64,000 bases of DNA from Eledone cirrhosa (Eukaryota): assembly GCA_964016885.1 (NCBI GenBank), contig OZ024740.1, positions 247,318,001 through 247,382,000 of the forward strand, given 5' to 3'. Positions 1 to 12,481 of the stretch are shown here, one piece after another (positions within the stretch are counted from its first letter, which is position 1; every line of letters begins with the position of its first letter). The notes under the pieces are model-generated. The model worked only from the letters and a program-made list of their open reading frames with translations. It was not told where the DNA came from and did not search any database. Made by a program: the position numbers and the translations under genes.

Positions 1-285
1 CCCTAATATATTTCCACTATCCAGTGAATTTCCAACCGATAAGGTATGATTTTCATGGGTATGTCTCTATTTATGAAACAAACTTTGTATTTTATCTGAT
101 GAAAGCGTACCAATGTTGTCTTGGTTACCCTTGAATATATAAAATAAAATAAATATGGTTTTATAAATATAGTTTCTATTTATTTAATATCATTGAATAT
201 TTACTCCAGTAAACTGTTGAGTGCTCTAAATCAGTTATAAACATTTATGTTTGTCCGACTTCCAACAAATTAAATACCACTTCTA

Positions 286-290
<5 letters not shown>
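1..290 (+). mobile_element. PLE (Naiad-type) pLTR fragment with degenerate hammerhead, ending in (TA)n
   Basis: Similar to 18300-18490 and 37415-37606. TATTTTAT-CTGATGA (96-102)...GAA-TATATA-AAATAAAAT. (TA)n from ~289. Confidence 0.7.
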
Positions 291-326
<36 letters not shown>

Positions 327-364
327 TGTATATATACAAGGGATAACAAAATATTGTTATAGGT

Positions 365-680
365 AATCCAGTTAGAGGTTGTGAATACTTCGTATTGTGG
401 ATAGTTTTAACGTACGGCGTTGTTTGACTCAACAAGAGATTTAGGTAGGTGACGAGTTTATGATTTCAGTTGTAATCCCATGTAAGTTTATCTTGGAGTA
501 ATAAAATTGAAAAAGTGAAGAATAACATGGTCAACAGTACAAAAAAAGGTATTTATTTACAGTCTGACAATCGTTTCACTGATTAAGTTGTCTAAAAATT
601 TCTGAACACTAGAAGCAGTGCCACTCAATTTCAAATAAGATGTTAGCTTAATCAGATCATCTGAGACAACTACAAAATAT
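365..680 (-). mobile_element. PLE terminal fragment with mutated hammerhead
   Basis: 365-515 is homologous to 11878-12024. Minus strand reads GTCT-CAGATGA-t-CTGATTAAG...CTTAATCAG-t-GAAA-CGATTG-TC-AGAC (~562-667). Confidence 0.55.
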
Positions 681-790
681 CCGGTAAATTTAGAAATTCA
701 AATTACAGCATCATTAATAATATTAATAATAAAGCTAACATCGTATTTGAAATTGAGTGGCATCCCTTGTATATATATATATATATATAG

Positions 791-1128
791 AGTGGTATTA
801 CGTGGGATCAACGGCAACATCGTTTAAATCTCGATTATATAGGCATTCTTACTCAATAAAACACCAGAGCCAAAGAAATGTAACAACTTTAACAGAAAAA
901 GCTTGGACGCTCAGGGATAGCGATCAAAAGTTCACCCTAAAATGGGAGAAATTAGCTAAAACCCAAAGCTTTTCCAGGAGCCAAAATTTCTGCAAATTGT
1001 GTAATCTTGAGATTTATTACATAATCACACACAAGAAGAAACTGCTGAATAACAGAATTGAACGAACATTATTCTGCCGTCACAGAACTAAAACCCTTTT
1101 TTCCCACTACAAGCCGAATATTACATAA
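791..1128 (+). pseudogene. Naiad-type PLE GIY-YIG endonuclease C-terminal fragment (5' truncated at TA tract)
   Basis: YYVGSTATSFKSR..H, W.L, CKLC..E, LLNNR...CRH motifs; same pattern as ORF 35541-36089. Confidence 0.8.
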
Positions 1129-1400
1129 AAGAGGGACATCCCCCCAACTATATAAACCTCAATCTAGTTAGAGAGATATAAAAACAATCTCTTCTCAACA
1201 TATATTAATAACCTTAAATTACCACACTAATAATGGAAAGATATGCTGATGAGAATAGGTGCAAATATGCGATAATGAATGTGTCTAAAAACGTCCATAA
1301 GTATGTATATATATGTGAAAATGTATATAAATAAGTAAATGTATATATATGTTTGATGTGTATAGTTAGATGTAAGTGTATTCATGTATTAAAGTGCTTA

Positions 1401-1447
<47 letters not shown>

Positions 1448-2005
1448 ATATATATATATATATAGATGTGTATGTATATGTATATGTGTACACATAGACT
1501 AGAGTATGTATGTATATATGTGTGTGTCTATACGTGTGTATATAAAGATAAGTTGAGTATGAAAATGTATACACATGAACGCGTATGTATGTACATGAAT
1601 ACATGTGTGTATATATATATGTATGCATGTGTATATGTATGTATGTATGAATATGTGAATGTGAGTATATGTATTTTGTAGAGGTGTGCAAATATATTTG
1701 TGTGTGAATGCGTGGGTGAAAGGATACGTACACTTGAAAGAAAAATTTAAGTCTGAATGTTAATTAAGTGCAAACACAAAACCAACCACGCATATCTTTA
1801 CTATCTCTAATCCTTCTATAGATTTAGAAAAATAACCAATAATATATTCTATAAAAATGTCAAAACAACAGATGGGAATCTAATTACTCACTGCCACCAA
1901 AAATTCTCACTGCTATCAAAAAACCACTCCCTCAACTATTCTTCTAACAACTTCACCCCTCCCTCCTAATATTCTCTATAAAAACCAAATAGGTCTTCAG
2001 TAATA

Positions 2006-2126
2006 TTATTCTGATGAAATGACAGTAAATAATAACATTGAAATATTGAATGTCTGCATAACTAAAACTTTGTAGATAGCAGCTGTTTTCAGGTTATGTA
2101 ACTGTTATAGAAACACGTGTCAATAA
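2006..2126 (+). ncRNA. Minimal type-I hammerhead ribozyme with long helix II
   Basis: TTATT-CTGATGA-aATGACAGT...ACTGTTATa-GAAA-CACGTG-TC-AATAA; palindromic helix III; ~40 nt before (TA)n. Confidence 0.75.
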
Positions 2127-2163
2127 ATTCCTTTCAACTAAACTGTATCCATTTAAATCTTTC

Positions 2164-2206
<43 letters not shown>

Positions 2207-2834
2207 ATTTGTGCGCGCGCGCGCGCACGCGTGTGTGTGTGTGTGTGTGTGTGTGTTCAGAAGAGATTGTTTTGGTAAAAACAGGAGCAAACAGGAGAAA
2301 GCTCTCTACATTCGTAGTTTGTAGTTACGAAGGAAATTCAGTATAAGAATAACATTAAGAAAGATGCTGAGATTACATAAATCGCTATGTAGCTGTCATC
2401 AAACTCTCCATATCGCCCTCCCTCAGAGTCCCGATTCTTGCTTCCACTATCTGTTGAAATCTAGCTACGAATAGATTATTGTTTGGTGCAGGTCAACACA
2501 ACAGACTTGAAGGGGTATAGTTTGGTAATTTACGACCCTAATTCCGTGATGAGTTCATGAGTCCTAATTCGCTAATTGACACATAGATAGCACTTCACTT
2601 CAGAAAATGAAAACACGACGGCTGGGAAAGACCCTTTTAGGAACTTATATGTCTGCCAGCCGCACGAACAGAAGGACGTATTTTTCTGCCTGCGGCATAT
2701 CACAAAATCTAAGATACCGTTCTCATAAAAACAACAAATGCATAAATTACATCTTGGATTGCATGGGAGAATCGCTGAAATAATCATTATGAATAAACGA
2801 TTTATGTAACATCACCATCTTTCTTGATGTTATT

Positions 2835-2879
<45 letters not shown>

Positions 2880-3044
2880 AAAATTAGAATTGGTGCTCTG
2901 AAATAGCGATGTATACATGAATATATATACAGTATATTTGGCAATATACTGTATGCTTAATTAAAAACATTTTGAAGACCTTGCGATATTATTTTAGAGT
3001 AGTGACTATGTTACTTACTTCTTTTTTCAACAAACAAAGGGAGA

Positions 3045-3090
3045 TAAGCTGACAAATCTGTTTCATACTGTTGGTAATCATCAGAGCTTA
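3045..3090 (-). ncRNA. Minimal type-I hammerhead ribozyme
   Basis: Minus strand: TAAGCT-CTGATGA-tTACcaacaGTAt-GAAA-CAGATTTG-TC-AGCTTA (perfect 6-bp helix I). Confidence 0.75.
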
Positions 3091-3185
3091 GCACTCGCCA
3101 ATGCCTGTTGAAAATTATAGATGTTGGTTTCTTATAGAATTCCAGTAATAATCAGGAACTGATTATACAGAGCGATTGACAAATA

Positions 3186-3230
<45 letters not shown>

Positions 3231-3899
3231 AATATGTATATATATATAGCGGGTGGGGGGGGGGGCATAGAACAATACAAACAGAAGTCAGGTGTATGCA
3301 GATAATTCGTTCAGAGGGTCGATTGATCGATGGAGATCGATGTATCGACTAGCATGGTAGTGGTTAAATCACTACCTATTTCTAAACCTTGTTGAATCAG
3401 CCGTCCTTCTCAGAACCACTGAACTGATTTTATTCAAGATATAAGTTATACAAGTATTGATAGGCAGAGGAGTTTAGTTTATATAGGGGGGAGATACCAG
3501 TCCATACATACCCACACACAGAAACACCGTCACACAAATTGGGATATAAATACATGTATACATATAGACACGTGCACGGATATACCCATATAGCTCCACG
3601 CGCGCACAGACACATGCAGATATTTCTGCCGGTTGCGCACATGTTTTAGCAGAGGAAATCGGAACGATTGGTAGTGGCAGGTGAAGGTAGATATAATCGA
3701 GACTTAGTGGAAAGAGGGAAAGAAGGAAAAAAATCCGTAAGTATATGCGAGTAGGCACGATAGACAGATAGACACGCTTGAGAGATGCAAATGCGTATGG
3801 GTTCTAGTGGTCGCTGTATGTCAGGTTTCTATGGGAGTGGGGCTTGTATTATCATGGCGTTACGCAAGTGTGTTGGGTTGTGGATCGTGGCTATGTCGG

Positions 3900-4425
3900 T
3901 TTGTAAAATTTAAAGGTTTTTAGAATCTTGTGGTTGCTTGATATTTTGAGTTCCTGCTTTTTGTTTAGGAGTGATTGTTTAGCGGTAATTATTGGCAGTA
4001 TCAGTAGAGGGTTGGACGCCATGCTTTCTAGCATAGTTACGTCCCTTTAAGGTTTGAGTTCAAATCCCATCGAGGTTAACTTTGCCTTTCATCCTTACGG
4101 GGTCGATAAAATAAAGTACCAGTAATGTACTGGGTAATTGCTGGCCTTGTGCCTAAAGTAGAAACAATTATTTGGTATATAAATTACAGAGCAGAGCGGG
4201 CACTGCCTCCTTTCTCCGTTATATGATTTCGTTTTCTTCAAGATTTCCCATTCAGTGTTATATCTGAAAAGTTTGAGGTTGTATTTGTTAATAGCCTCTG
4301 CTAATGAGATTGTATCGGCTAATTCAGCAACCTTAAAGGAGTGTGGGAATGATACCTTTTTTAATGTAAAATTGCGTCTTGTCCTTCATAATTAGTTTGC
4401 ATTGATACACAACATCGTTAATAAG
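3900..4425 (-). pseudogene. Decayed Naiad-type GIY-YIG fragment interrupted by a SINE
   Basis: Manual minus-strand translation: NDVVYQCKL...WEILKKTKSYNGERRQCPLC | SINE | IITAKQSLLNKKQEL. Confidence 0.6.
3994..4172 (+). mobile_element. tRNA-derived SINE with Meta-like central domain
   Basis: B-box-like GAGTTCAAATCC, central GCCTTTCATCCTTACGGGGTCGATAAAATAAAGTACCAG, AATTATT on both flanks. Confidence 0.8.
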
Positions 4426-4894
4426 GAGTGGGCAGTTTTCTTTAGTCCTGCAGTTGCAGTTTGGGATAGTGGGGTGGTTTCTGGACGCAAAGTTCCTGGG
4501 GGTTGTGTTGATGTTGTTATTTCCTGCGGTCGCCTATGTATAAATGAATGGTCAGAGTCACGTGGTTTGACATAGTAATTATTGCGCCCAAACTTACTAT
4601 GCCTAATCGCGAGACTGTCACCAACAAATAAAATGGCAAATACCAATTTCGAGCCACTTTTTGTGGCGCGAAAATAACTGTATCTAACCCTGTGACTGTC
4701 ATCAACCAACAAAATTACATTTTAAACAAATAGCAATCTGAGCCACTTTTTTGGAATAAAACAAAGAATTTCCGTGTGTGTGTAGATGCGATACACACCA
4801 TAACAGAAACACAAACCCTCCATCTCAATTTTACATTTGATAATCATAAGAACTGTGAAACCGATAAAGTAAATAAATATTCTTAAAAGACACC

Positions 4895-5489
4895 AGAGCT
4901 GGTCAATTCCGTATGGTCAATCTTAATGTAATAATATGGAGAGTACTCAATGTAAAGCAGTTCAACCGTCTTTGTTTTTGTAGTTGGTGGTGCTAGTACG
5001 GAGTTAAATATTATAATGAAATGACAGGAGGCTGGACTTGTGTAAATCCTTGAAAGGTTTATTATACTATGATCATTTCAATGACCGGGTTCCGTATGAA
5101 TCCGGTGATATCATCAGGTATTCGAAATATAATAAGTGAATGTAATAGATAAAATCAACTTGAGGGCGACCGACAAAGGTGGAAGATGCTGGATGGCGGT
5201 CGTCCTCGGGTCTTCGATTTTCAGCCCCATGGATTTTATCTATTACATTCACTTATCATATTTCGAATACCTGATATCACCTGATTCATACGGAACCCGG
5301 TCAATGAAATGATCATAGTATAATAAACCTTTCAGGGATTACACAAGTACAGCCTCCTGTCATTTCATTATAATATTTAACTCCGTAATAGCACCACCAA
5401 CTACAAAAACAAAGACGGTTGAACTGCTTTACGTTGAGTACTCTCCATATTATTACATTAAGATTGACCATACGGAATTGACCAGCTCT
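4895..5489. repeat. Fold-back PLE derivative: ~260-bp inverted arms (4895-5156 / 5232-5489)
   Basis: Arms are near-exact reverse complements and each contains a hammerhead motif. Confidence 0.9.
5064..5121 (-). ncRNA. Minimal hammerhead ribozyme
   Basis: Minus: ATAC-CTGATGA-tatcACCGG...CCGGTcatt-GAAA-TGATCA-TA-GTAT. The right-arm copy has lost 3 nt of the core. Confidence 0.7.
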
Positions 5490-5533
5490 ATCCAGTGGTG
5501 AACCTCAAACCTGAATAAATATATATATATATA

Positions 5534-5632
5534 CTAGCTGGCCGGTCCGGCTGGCGCCCGGCTACCTTTGGCGTGTTCTACGGCATCCATATATATATAT
5601 ATATAACTGACGTACCTAGCTTCGCTTGGATA
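5534..5632 (-). mobile_element. Helitron-like 3' termini (two, tandem)
   Basis: Minus: GCCGGGCGCCAGCCGGACCGGCCAG-CTAG|T, plus degenerate CCAAGCGAAGCTAGGTACGTCAGTTA. A GC-rich hairpin followed by CTAG is the Helitron 3' signature. Confidence 0.45.
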
Positions 5633-5652
5633 AACAGATAATATGCCGTCTG

Positions 5653-6270
5653 TGTAGTATAGTATTACTGTTGAAAATATATAGTATAGTATTACTGTTG
5701 AAAATATATAGTATAGTATTACTGTTGAAAATATATAGTATAGTATTACTGTTGAAAATATATTGTATAGTATTACTGTTGAAAATATATAGTATAGTAT
5801 TACTGTTGAAAATATATAGTATAGTATTACTGTTGAAAATATATTGTATAGTATTACTGTTGAAAATATATAGTATAGTATTACTGTTGAAAATATATAG
5901 TATAGTATTACTGTTGAAAATATATAGTATAGTATTACTGTTGAAAATATATAGTATAGTATTACTGTTGAAAATATATTGTATAGTATTACTGTTGAAA
6001 ATATATAGTATAGTATTACTGTTGAAAATATATAGTATAGTATTACTGTTGAAAATATATTGTATAGTATTACTGTTGAAAATATATTGTATAGTATTAC
6101 TCTTGAAAATATATAGTACAGTACTACTGTTGAAAATATATAGTACAGTACTACTGTTGAAAATGTATAGTATTACTGTTGAAAATACATAGTATAGTAT
6201 TACTGTTAAAAATATATGGTATAGTATTACTGTTGAAAATATATAGAACAGTATTACTGTTGAAAATATA
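5653..6270. repeat. 27-bp minisatellite (TAGTATAGTATTACTGTTGAAAATATA), ~22-23 units
   Basis: Direct tandem units with no spacers, degenerating at the right end. Confidence 0.95.
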
Positions 6271-9200
6271 TAGACGGAAGAGGGGCCGGAACTGTTAGGG
6301 GGGGCGGTTACTTCCACCACCTCACCTGTGTTGGCTTGACACGTCGAGTTTCCAGTGTCCTCGCAGCGTGGAGATGCATAAACTGTCTCTTCCTCTCGTC
6401 TGCCCAGCCACGGCCATCTGGCAGTCCATCAGAGGAGACAGTGAGCTTGCCTGATGCCCAAGCCTCGCTGGTAAACATCGCTCGGCTCAGGCGGCTCCGG
6501 AAGATTCCACTCAGGATCCCTAGAGCGGCCCGGATGCCGGTAGCCGATGCCCGCGCCTCCTCGATCGAGAGTGCTCTGGGATCCAATCCAGCCAGCGACT
6601 GGGAGCGCCTCTTCTATTACGCCCCACTCACCCTCGGTCTCCCCAGCTCTGGCGCTGACCCAGGTGGCCTGTCGACAGCAGCGTTTGTCAAAGCCAATGT
6701 TTCGTCCTTTGGGAAAGCGCCCATTCCAAGCGTTTCGAAGGAAGCCACAACCCCTGCTCTTGGGTGCCTTCAATCCTCCACTCCTGAGGCCAACGCCAAG
6801 CGTTTGCGTGACCGTGTAAATGCTAAACTTATCATGGGTGACGTCTCGGCCGCAGTCAGACTGGTTGCCTCAGAGGACACTGTCCTCCAACCCACTGAGG
6901 AGGTCCTGGCTGCCCTGCGACTCAAGCACCCTGAGCCACCCGCTGACCTCCAACCCATAACCCCACCCGATCCCCACCTGCTCCTTGTTGCTTCCGACGC
7001 AGACATCATGCCTGCCATCAAGTCCTTCCCAGCTATCAGCAGCGGACGGGCTGGTGGTCTCCGACCAGACCACCTCAAGGAGTTGTATCCACGCTGTCCG
7101 CTGAGGCCGGGCACCGCCTTCTGAGTGCAATTGTGGCACTCACCAATAGGCTTATCCATGGCGCCCTGGAACCTCATGCCTGAGACCTCTTTTTTTCGGC
7201 TAGCCTGACCGCTCTCAAGCTAGCCTGACCGCTCTCAAGAAAAAAGAGGGTGGCATACGCCCCATCGCTGTGAGCAATGTCTTCCGGAGCTTGGCTGCTA
7301 AGGTGGTCGGCAGGTCCATAACACCTGAACTGGGTGAGGAATTCAGTCCGGTGCAACTGGGTGTCTGCGTGTCCAATGGCTGTGAGGGGGCCGCATATGC
7401 AACCAGGCAGTTCTTTAATAGCTACCCACCGGAACCGGCATCCAGGGACTCCAGGGCACCTCCTTGTCAAGCTTGACATGAGGAATGCCTTTAACTGCAT
7501 ACGCCGCGACCATCTGCTCGATGACTACCTCAGCCGAGCTCCTTCCGCCTACCCGCTGGCCTACTTGTCATATGGGGCCCCGAGAATGTTCCTTGCTGCT
7601 GACACGGTCATACCTTCGGCCACTGGAGTCCAACAGGGCGACCCTTTGGGTCCCCTCCTGTTTGCCCTTGGTATAGACCACATTGCTCGGAGTATCACAG
7701 CCACTCTCAACGTTTGGTACCTGGATGATGCTACGCTGGGAGGTCCCGTGGATACTATCTGCCAACACCCTCAATCGGTGGTCCCTGCCCTGGCAGGAAT
7801 TGGCCTCCAGGTCAACTCGTCCAAGTCGGAGGTGGTGAATGTCAACCATGATGCTGAGAGCTTTACAGCCTCCGTCTGGGACGTGCGGTCCATTCTCCAC
7901 CAGGTACAGGTGACCCCAGACAGGATGTCCTCATCCTCGGGTCACGGATCCACCCGCCAGCCATCCGCTCCACTATCAGGTCTAGGCTCCAACAACTCCA
8001 GACCCTCACGAGCCGACTGGGCTTGATCGACGGCCACCCAGCTCTTTTCTTGTTGAGGAACTGCTTCGCCATGTCGAAGCTCCTCTACACCCTTCGCAGC
8101 GCTCCGTGCTACAGCCACGCATCTCTCTTCGCTGACCTCGATACTTGTATCCGAGCGACACCTGAGGAGATATGCAACGTCAGGTTTGATGACATTGGAT
8201 GGCAACAGGCTACTTTACCTGTCAGATATGGCGGCCTTGGCCTCCGGTCCCCGATCTCGCTGGCTTTGCCGGCGTTTCTTTCATCGGTAACCTCATGGCG
8301 CGTCCTCGTCAGCAGGGTTCTCCAAAACACAATAGAACCCTCTGTGTTCAGGGAACGTGAGGTCGCCTGTGAGACGTGGGACAGGCTGGGCTTAGTCCAG
8401 TAGACGTCCCTCCTTCTTCTCCCACTGCTGACACCAAGCCCCCCCCCCCCCCCCCAGCGTACGGGGTCCCATCCAGTGCAGCCTGGCTTCAGAGAGGCTA
8501 ACGTGCCAGCTCGACCAGCATCGCCTTGCCCTTTTTCGCGCGGCCTCCAAACCCCGCAGTGGTGCCTTGCCCTCCTTCTCCACTGGCACGCAGCTGGATA
8601 ACTATAGCCTGCGCATCGGCGTTTCCTTAAGGTTGGACTCCGGATCTGCGAGCCACACCAATGTCGCTGTGGATCCACCGTGGACTCTTTCCGCCTCCAC
8701 CCGCTTTCCTCTCGTCACATGCCGGCCGCCTTCCACGCCATGCTGCCCTCAACGAGGTCATTAAGCATGGCTTGGACGCTGCAGGCTACCCACCCCAGCT
8801 CGAACTGGTGGGGCTGGACAGAGGGAATGGCAAAAGGCCAAACGGTATGACCATCTCCCCGTTTCGCGATGGCGAACCCCTCGTCTGGGATGCCACTTGC
8901 AGCGATATTTCAGATGCCACCAGCTGCGACCTGGTACATTCTGCAACTAACCCAGGTACTGCTGCACGCTAAGGAGGTCAAACTCTCCAAGTACCGATCG
9001 CTCTCCGACAGGTTCGCGGTCGTGCCCTTGGCAGTGGAGGCTTCTGGTTTCCTTGGCCGTAGGGCTACCTCTCTATTCACTACCATAGGCGCTGAGCTGG
9101 CCAGCCGCAGGTGTGAGCCTCGCGAGTTGGAATGGCTCTTCCAGCGCATCTCCCTTACCATCCTCAGGGGAAACGCCATCTCCATCCTGTCCGCGGGGGC

Positions 9201-9300
9201 TGTGGGGAGGCCAGCACGTGGAACCCCATTTTCCCACCATACGGATTAATAGGCAAAGTTATAAACTATTGTATGTATTCATTGTGGTCAGTAAATAATT
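6271..9300 (+). mobile_element. CRE-clade non-LTR retrotransposon (RT plus restriction-like endonuclease), frameshifted
   Basis: GLRPDHL, GGIRPIAV, KLDMRNAFN, GVQQGDPLGPLLF, WYLDD, GGLG, RHAALN, KRPNG (PD motif mutated), LVWDATC, AVEASG, QRISLTILRGNA, spread across several frames. Confidence 0.85.
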
Positions 9301-10490
9301 ATAAATTGTTTATCAAGCCCTAGAAAACCTAATCAAACATTACATATATTCTGGCGAAATGTGATGTTTAAGCTTATATTATGTATAACATTAAAAATTG
9401 ATATTTACATATAACTACATATACATATATATATATATATATAAAAAACAGGTTGAGACAAGTTATGCCTTTAGGCAAATTACACAAATATAGAGTTCGT
9501 GCGCAGTCTACACAATCTTCCGACATTTGGGATCCGCTGGCCACTACACACGCCACCTCAGTGTCTTCGGGCTCGTACATTGCACCGAACCCCCTGAATT
9601 ACGCTCGTGGAGAGAAGAGCAACTGGTTTTCTCTTTACAAACCTTTCTTCCCCCCTAACCTTAATGCGCCACCCATCTTCCTTTAATCTCCTCTGCGATA
9701 TACTCGCTAAATATACTTCCTTTATCCTATGACACACTAAATATACTTCCTTTATCCTATGACACATACTTGTAAATATACACACCTTTACATACATATC
9801 ATAGGTAGATAATTTACACTTTACAATATAAACTTCAACATACATACACACGTTATAATGTAATCATACACTCACACACACAAATCCACACATCGCACAG
9901 ACATAGACTAATACTGCCAGATACTTTACACACACACAAAATTACTTGAACGCACATATGCAGTACACACATTCAATTTACATTCACTCACACATACATG
10001 TCCACTACCTCTAACACATGTTATATACGCATACACTCACTATCTTTGATATTTTACACAAATACCTTTAAAAATCACCCGCGTTTAAACATTCACTTAC
10101 ACTCACACATATAACGACACCAATACACACACACGCCACTTTGCGTTCCAACTCGTTGCCAAAACTACGTAACCTTTTTGTCTTAATCTGTTTACACTTC
10201 ATTTAGATTTTTTCTTTACTCGGACCTTTTCTTGTTTCACCTTGTGAAACTGGTAAACTTATAAATTATTGCAAATAAACCTTCTTAAAGACTGCAATTG
10301 CATTCTCAACTTCTTTTTCATATATATATATATATATAGTGGCAGTACCCTTTCCGCCCCTGCCTTCTATCTTTACACACGGCACTAGACGAAATTGTTT
10401 CTTCATCATACGCTCTCATCCTGGAACAGTTCTGTATGGCGCTAGTTCGTGATTTGAACTTGAGAATTTTATATTCTCCGAGTGAGAAGA

Positions 10491-10574
10491 ACCCTCTGAC
10501 GAAAGTCTTCTTCTCAATGAATTTCCACATGGATTATCCATTTATTTTGAGACATGAAACCGCGCGGTAAGGGT
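10491..10574 (+). ncRNA. Minimal hammerhead ribozyme
   Basis: ACCCT-CTGACGA-aaGTCT...AGACat-GAAA-CCGCGCGG-TA-AGGGT, in a ~300-bp element bounded by TA tracts. Confidence 0.8.
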
Positions 10575-10650
10575 AATTACAGCAAGTACAGTGAACTTTT
10601 TAAAATTCATTTTAAAACTTTTTCTTATTTGCTAAACCTATATATATATA

Positions 10651-11560
10651 TATAAAGAATTAATATATCTAGTAACATATATATACAAACAGATGCATAC
10701 CAATGCTAGCAAATACATAGGTTTTGTCTTAGTAACTTTGTGGTTCAATGCATGGGGTCGCAGAACAATAATATGAGAGACGTAAAATAAGAAAATTATA
10801 AAATTAACTTACTTACTAAAATTTCACTCCCAACTAATTAATATCTGAAGGGGAGTAAATATACTTTCCGAAGAAAATATTGAGAAACCTTTCGTCGTCA
10901 GGGAAGTCTATTCTCAGCTAAGTTTCCAGGCAAAGCGTGGACTCTGGGAACTTATACAAAAATAATTCAGTGGATAGAAAATAGCAAAGCGTGGACTGAA
11001 TTCCTAGCCATTGAGAAAATCACTGCCTACTGCGTCGGTGGAAAATTCAAAAAGAATCAATCACGTGACATCGAGGTCAATCAGTGGAAAGTGGTTTGTT
11101 AAGAAGACAGCAGCCTGCCTGCTACCATAGCAGCAGTCTTGGCCAATATTGCTCGACAAATAATTTGGAGATAATTATAAAGAATTAATATATCTAGTAA
11201 CATATATATACACACAGATGCATACCAATGCTAGCAAATACATAGGTTTTGTCTTAGTAACTTTGTGGTTCAATGCATGGGGTTGCAGAACAATAATATG
11301 AGAGACGTAAAATTTTCTCAATGGCTAGCAATTCAGTCCACGCTTTGCTATTTTCTATCCACTGAATTATTTTTGTATAAGTTCCCAGAGTCCACGCTTT
11401 GCCTGGAAATTTAGCTGAGAATAGACTTCCCTGACGACGAAAGGTTTCTCCATATTTTCTTCGGAAAGTATATTTATTCCCTTTCAGAAACTAATTAGTT
11501 GGGAGTGAAATTTTAGTAAGTAAGTTAATTTTATAATTTTCTTATTTTACGTCTCTCATA
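10651..11560. repeat. Non-coding PLE derivative with direct repeat (10651-10787 / 11176-11312) and inverted repeat (10772-11020 / 11312-11560)
   Basis: Direct and reverse-complement matches read from the sequence; TA tracts on both sides. Confidence 0.85.
11426..11505 (+). ncRNA. Minimal hammerhead ribozyme
   Basis: CTTCC-CTGACGA-cGAAAGG...CCTTTCa-GAAA-CTAATTAG-TT-GGGAG. The mirror copy (~10827-10906) has GATA in place of GAAA. Confidence 0.65.
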
Positions 11561-11642
11561 TATATATATATATATATATAAAACATGAGAAGAAAGAAGA
11601 ATACTGCGTGGTTTGCACATGGGTTACATATGATAAAAATAC

Positions 11643-11744
11643 TCCTTCGTCAGTGATTTTCCAACCATCATTGGTATTTCATCGCATTAAAAATCAGATA
11701 CCTCAGGTTGGTGCGAGCAATAACTAAAAAAAGTTATTGGGACC
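11643..11744 (+). ncRNA. Unclassified structured RNA motif (second copy at 63832-63934, minus)
   Basis: Covarying helices between the two copies; see findings. Confidence 0.5.
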
Positions 11745-11835
11745 AGAATTCGCGTAAGGCGAGGGGGACAAGTAAACAACATAGAAGGATAAAAGCAAAA
11801 GATAGGAAAATAAACAAGCAACATATATATATATA

Positions 11836-12392
11836 TATCCAGTTAGAAGTTGTATATATATAAGTTATATAAATATATAATCCAGTTAGAAGTTGTGAAT
11901 ACTCTGCGTCGTGGATAGTTTTAACGTACAGCTTTGTTTGACTCAACAAGACGTTTCCATAGTTAGGCAACGAGTTCGCGGTAATTCCTATGCAGGTTAT
12001 ACTTGGAGTAATAATAGTGAAAAACATACTCTGTACTTACATGCTCTCGCTTATCCTTATTTATTTTATTTTCCATTTTCTTATTTTCTTAATGTATCTA
12101 TTCTTATCTTTTACTTTTTACTTTGTACATCTGTAACTTCTCATATATATTTTATTATTGATGTTATTGTTTTGATTATACTCTACTCTTCTCTATATAT
12201 CTTGCCTCGAGTGAATTATTTTTATATCTATGTATTCTGATGTGTTGATCAGAGGTAAATAATGTAATGGAGATCGAGTGGCGCAACTTCGAGCGATTAG
12301 CGACCTCTAGATTCACCTGATCAACGGAACAATTGTCAATACCTGAAATAAAGCCCCTTGTTGTACAGCCAACCATGTCACTCTTCATTCTT

Positions 12393-12397
<5 letters not shown>
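11836..12397. mobile_element. Two PLE terminal fragments head-to-head (11836-12024 minus; 12025-12397 plus, with a CTGATGT-core hammerhead at 12232-12342)
   Basis: Homology to 365-515 and to 29598-29955 (minus); TA tracts on both sides. Confidence 0.65.

Positions 12398-12481
<84 letters not shown>

Noticed and set aside
5616-6320. Long repetitive ORFs or CRISPR-like array
   Set aside because: Spacer-less 27-bp minisatellite; the ORFs arise because the unit is stop-free in those frames.
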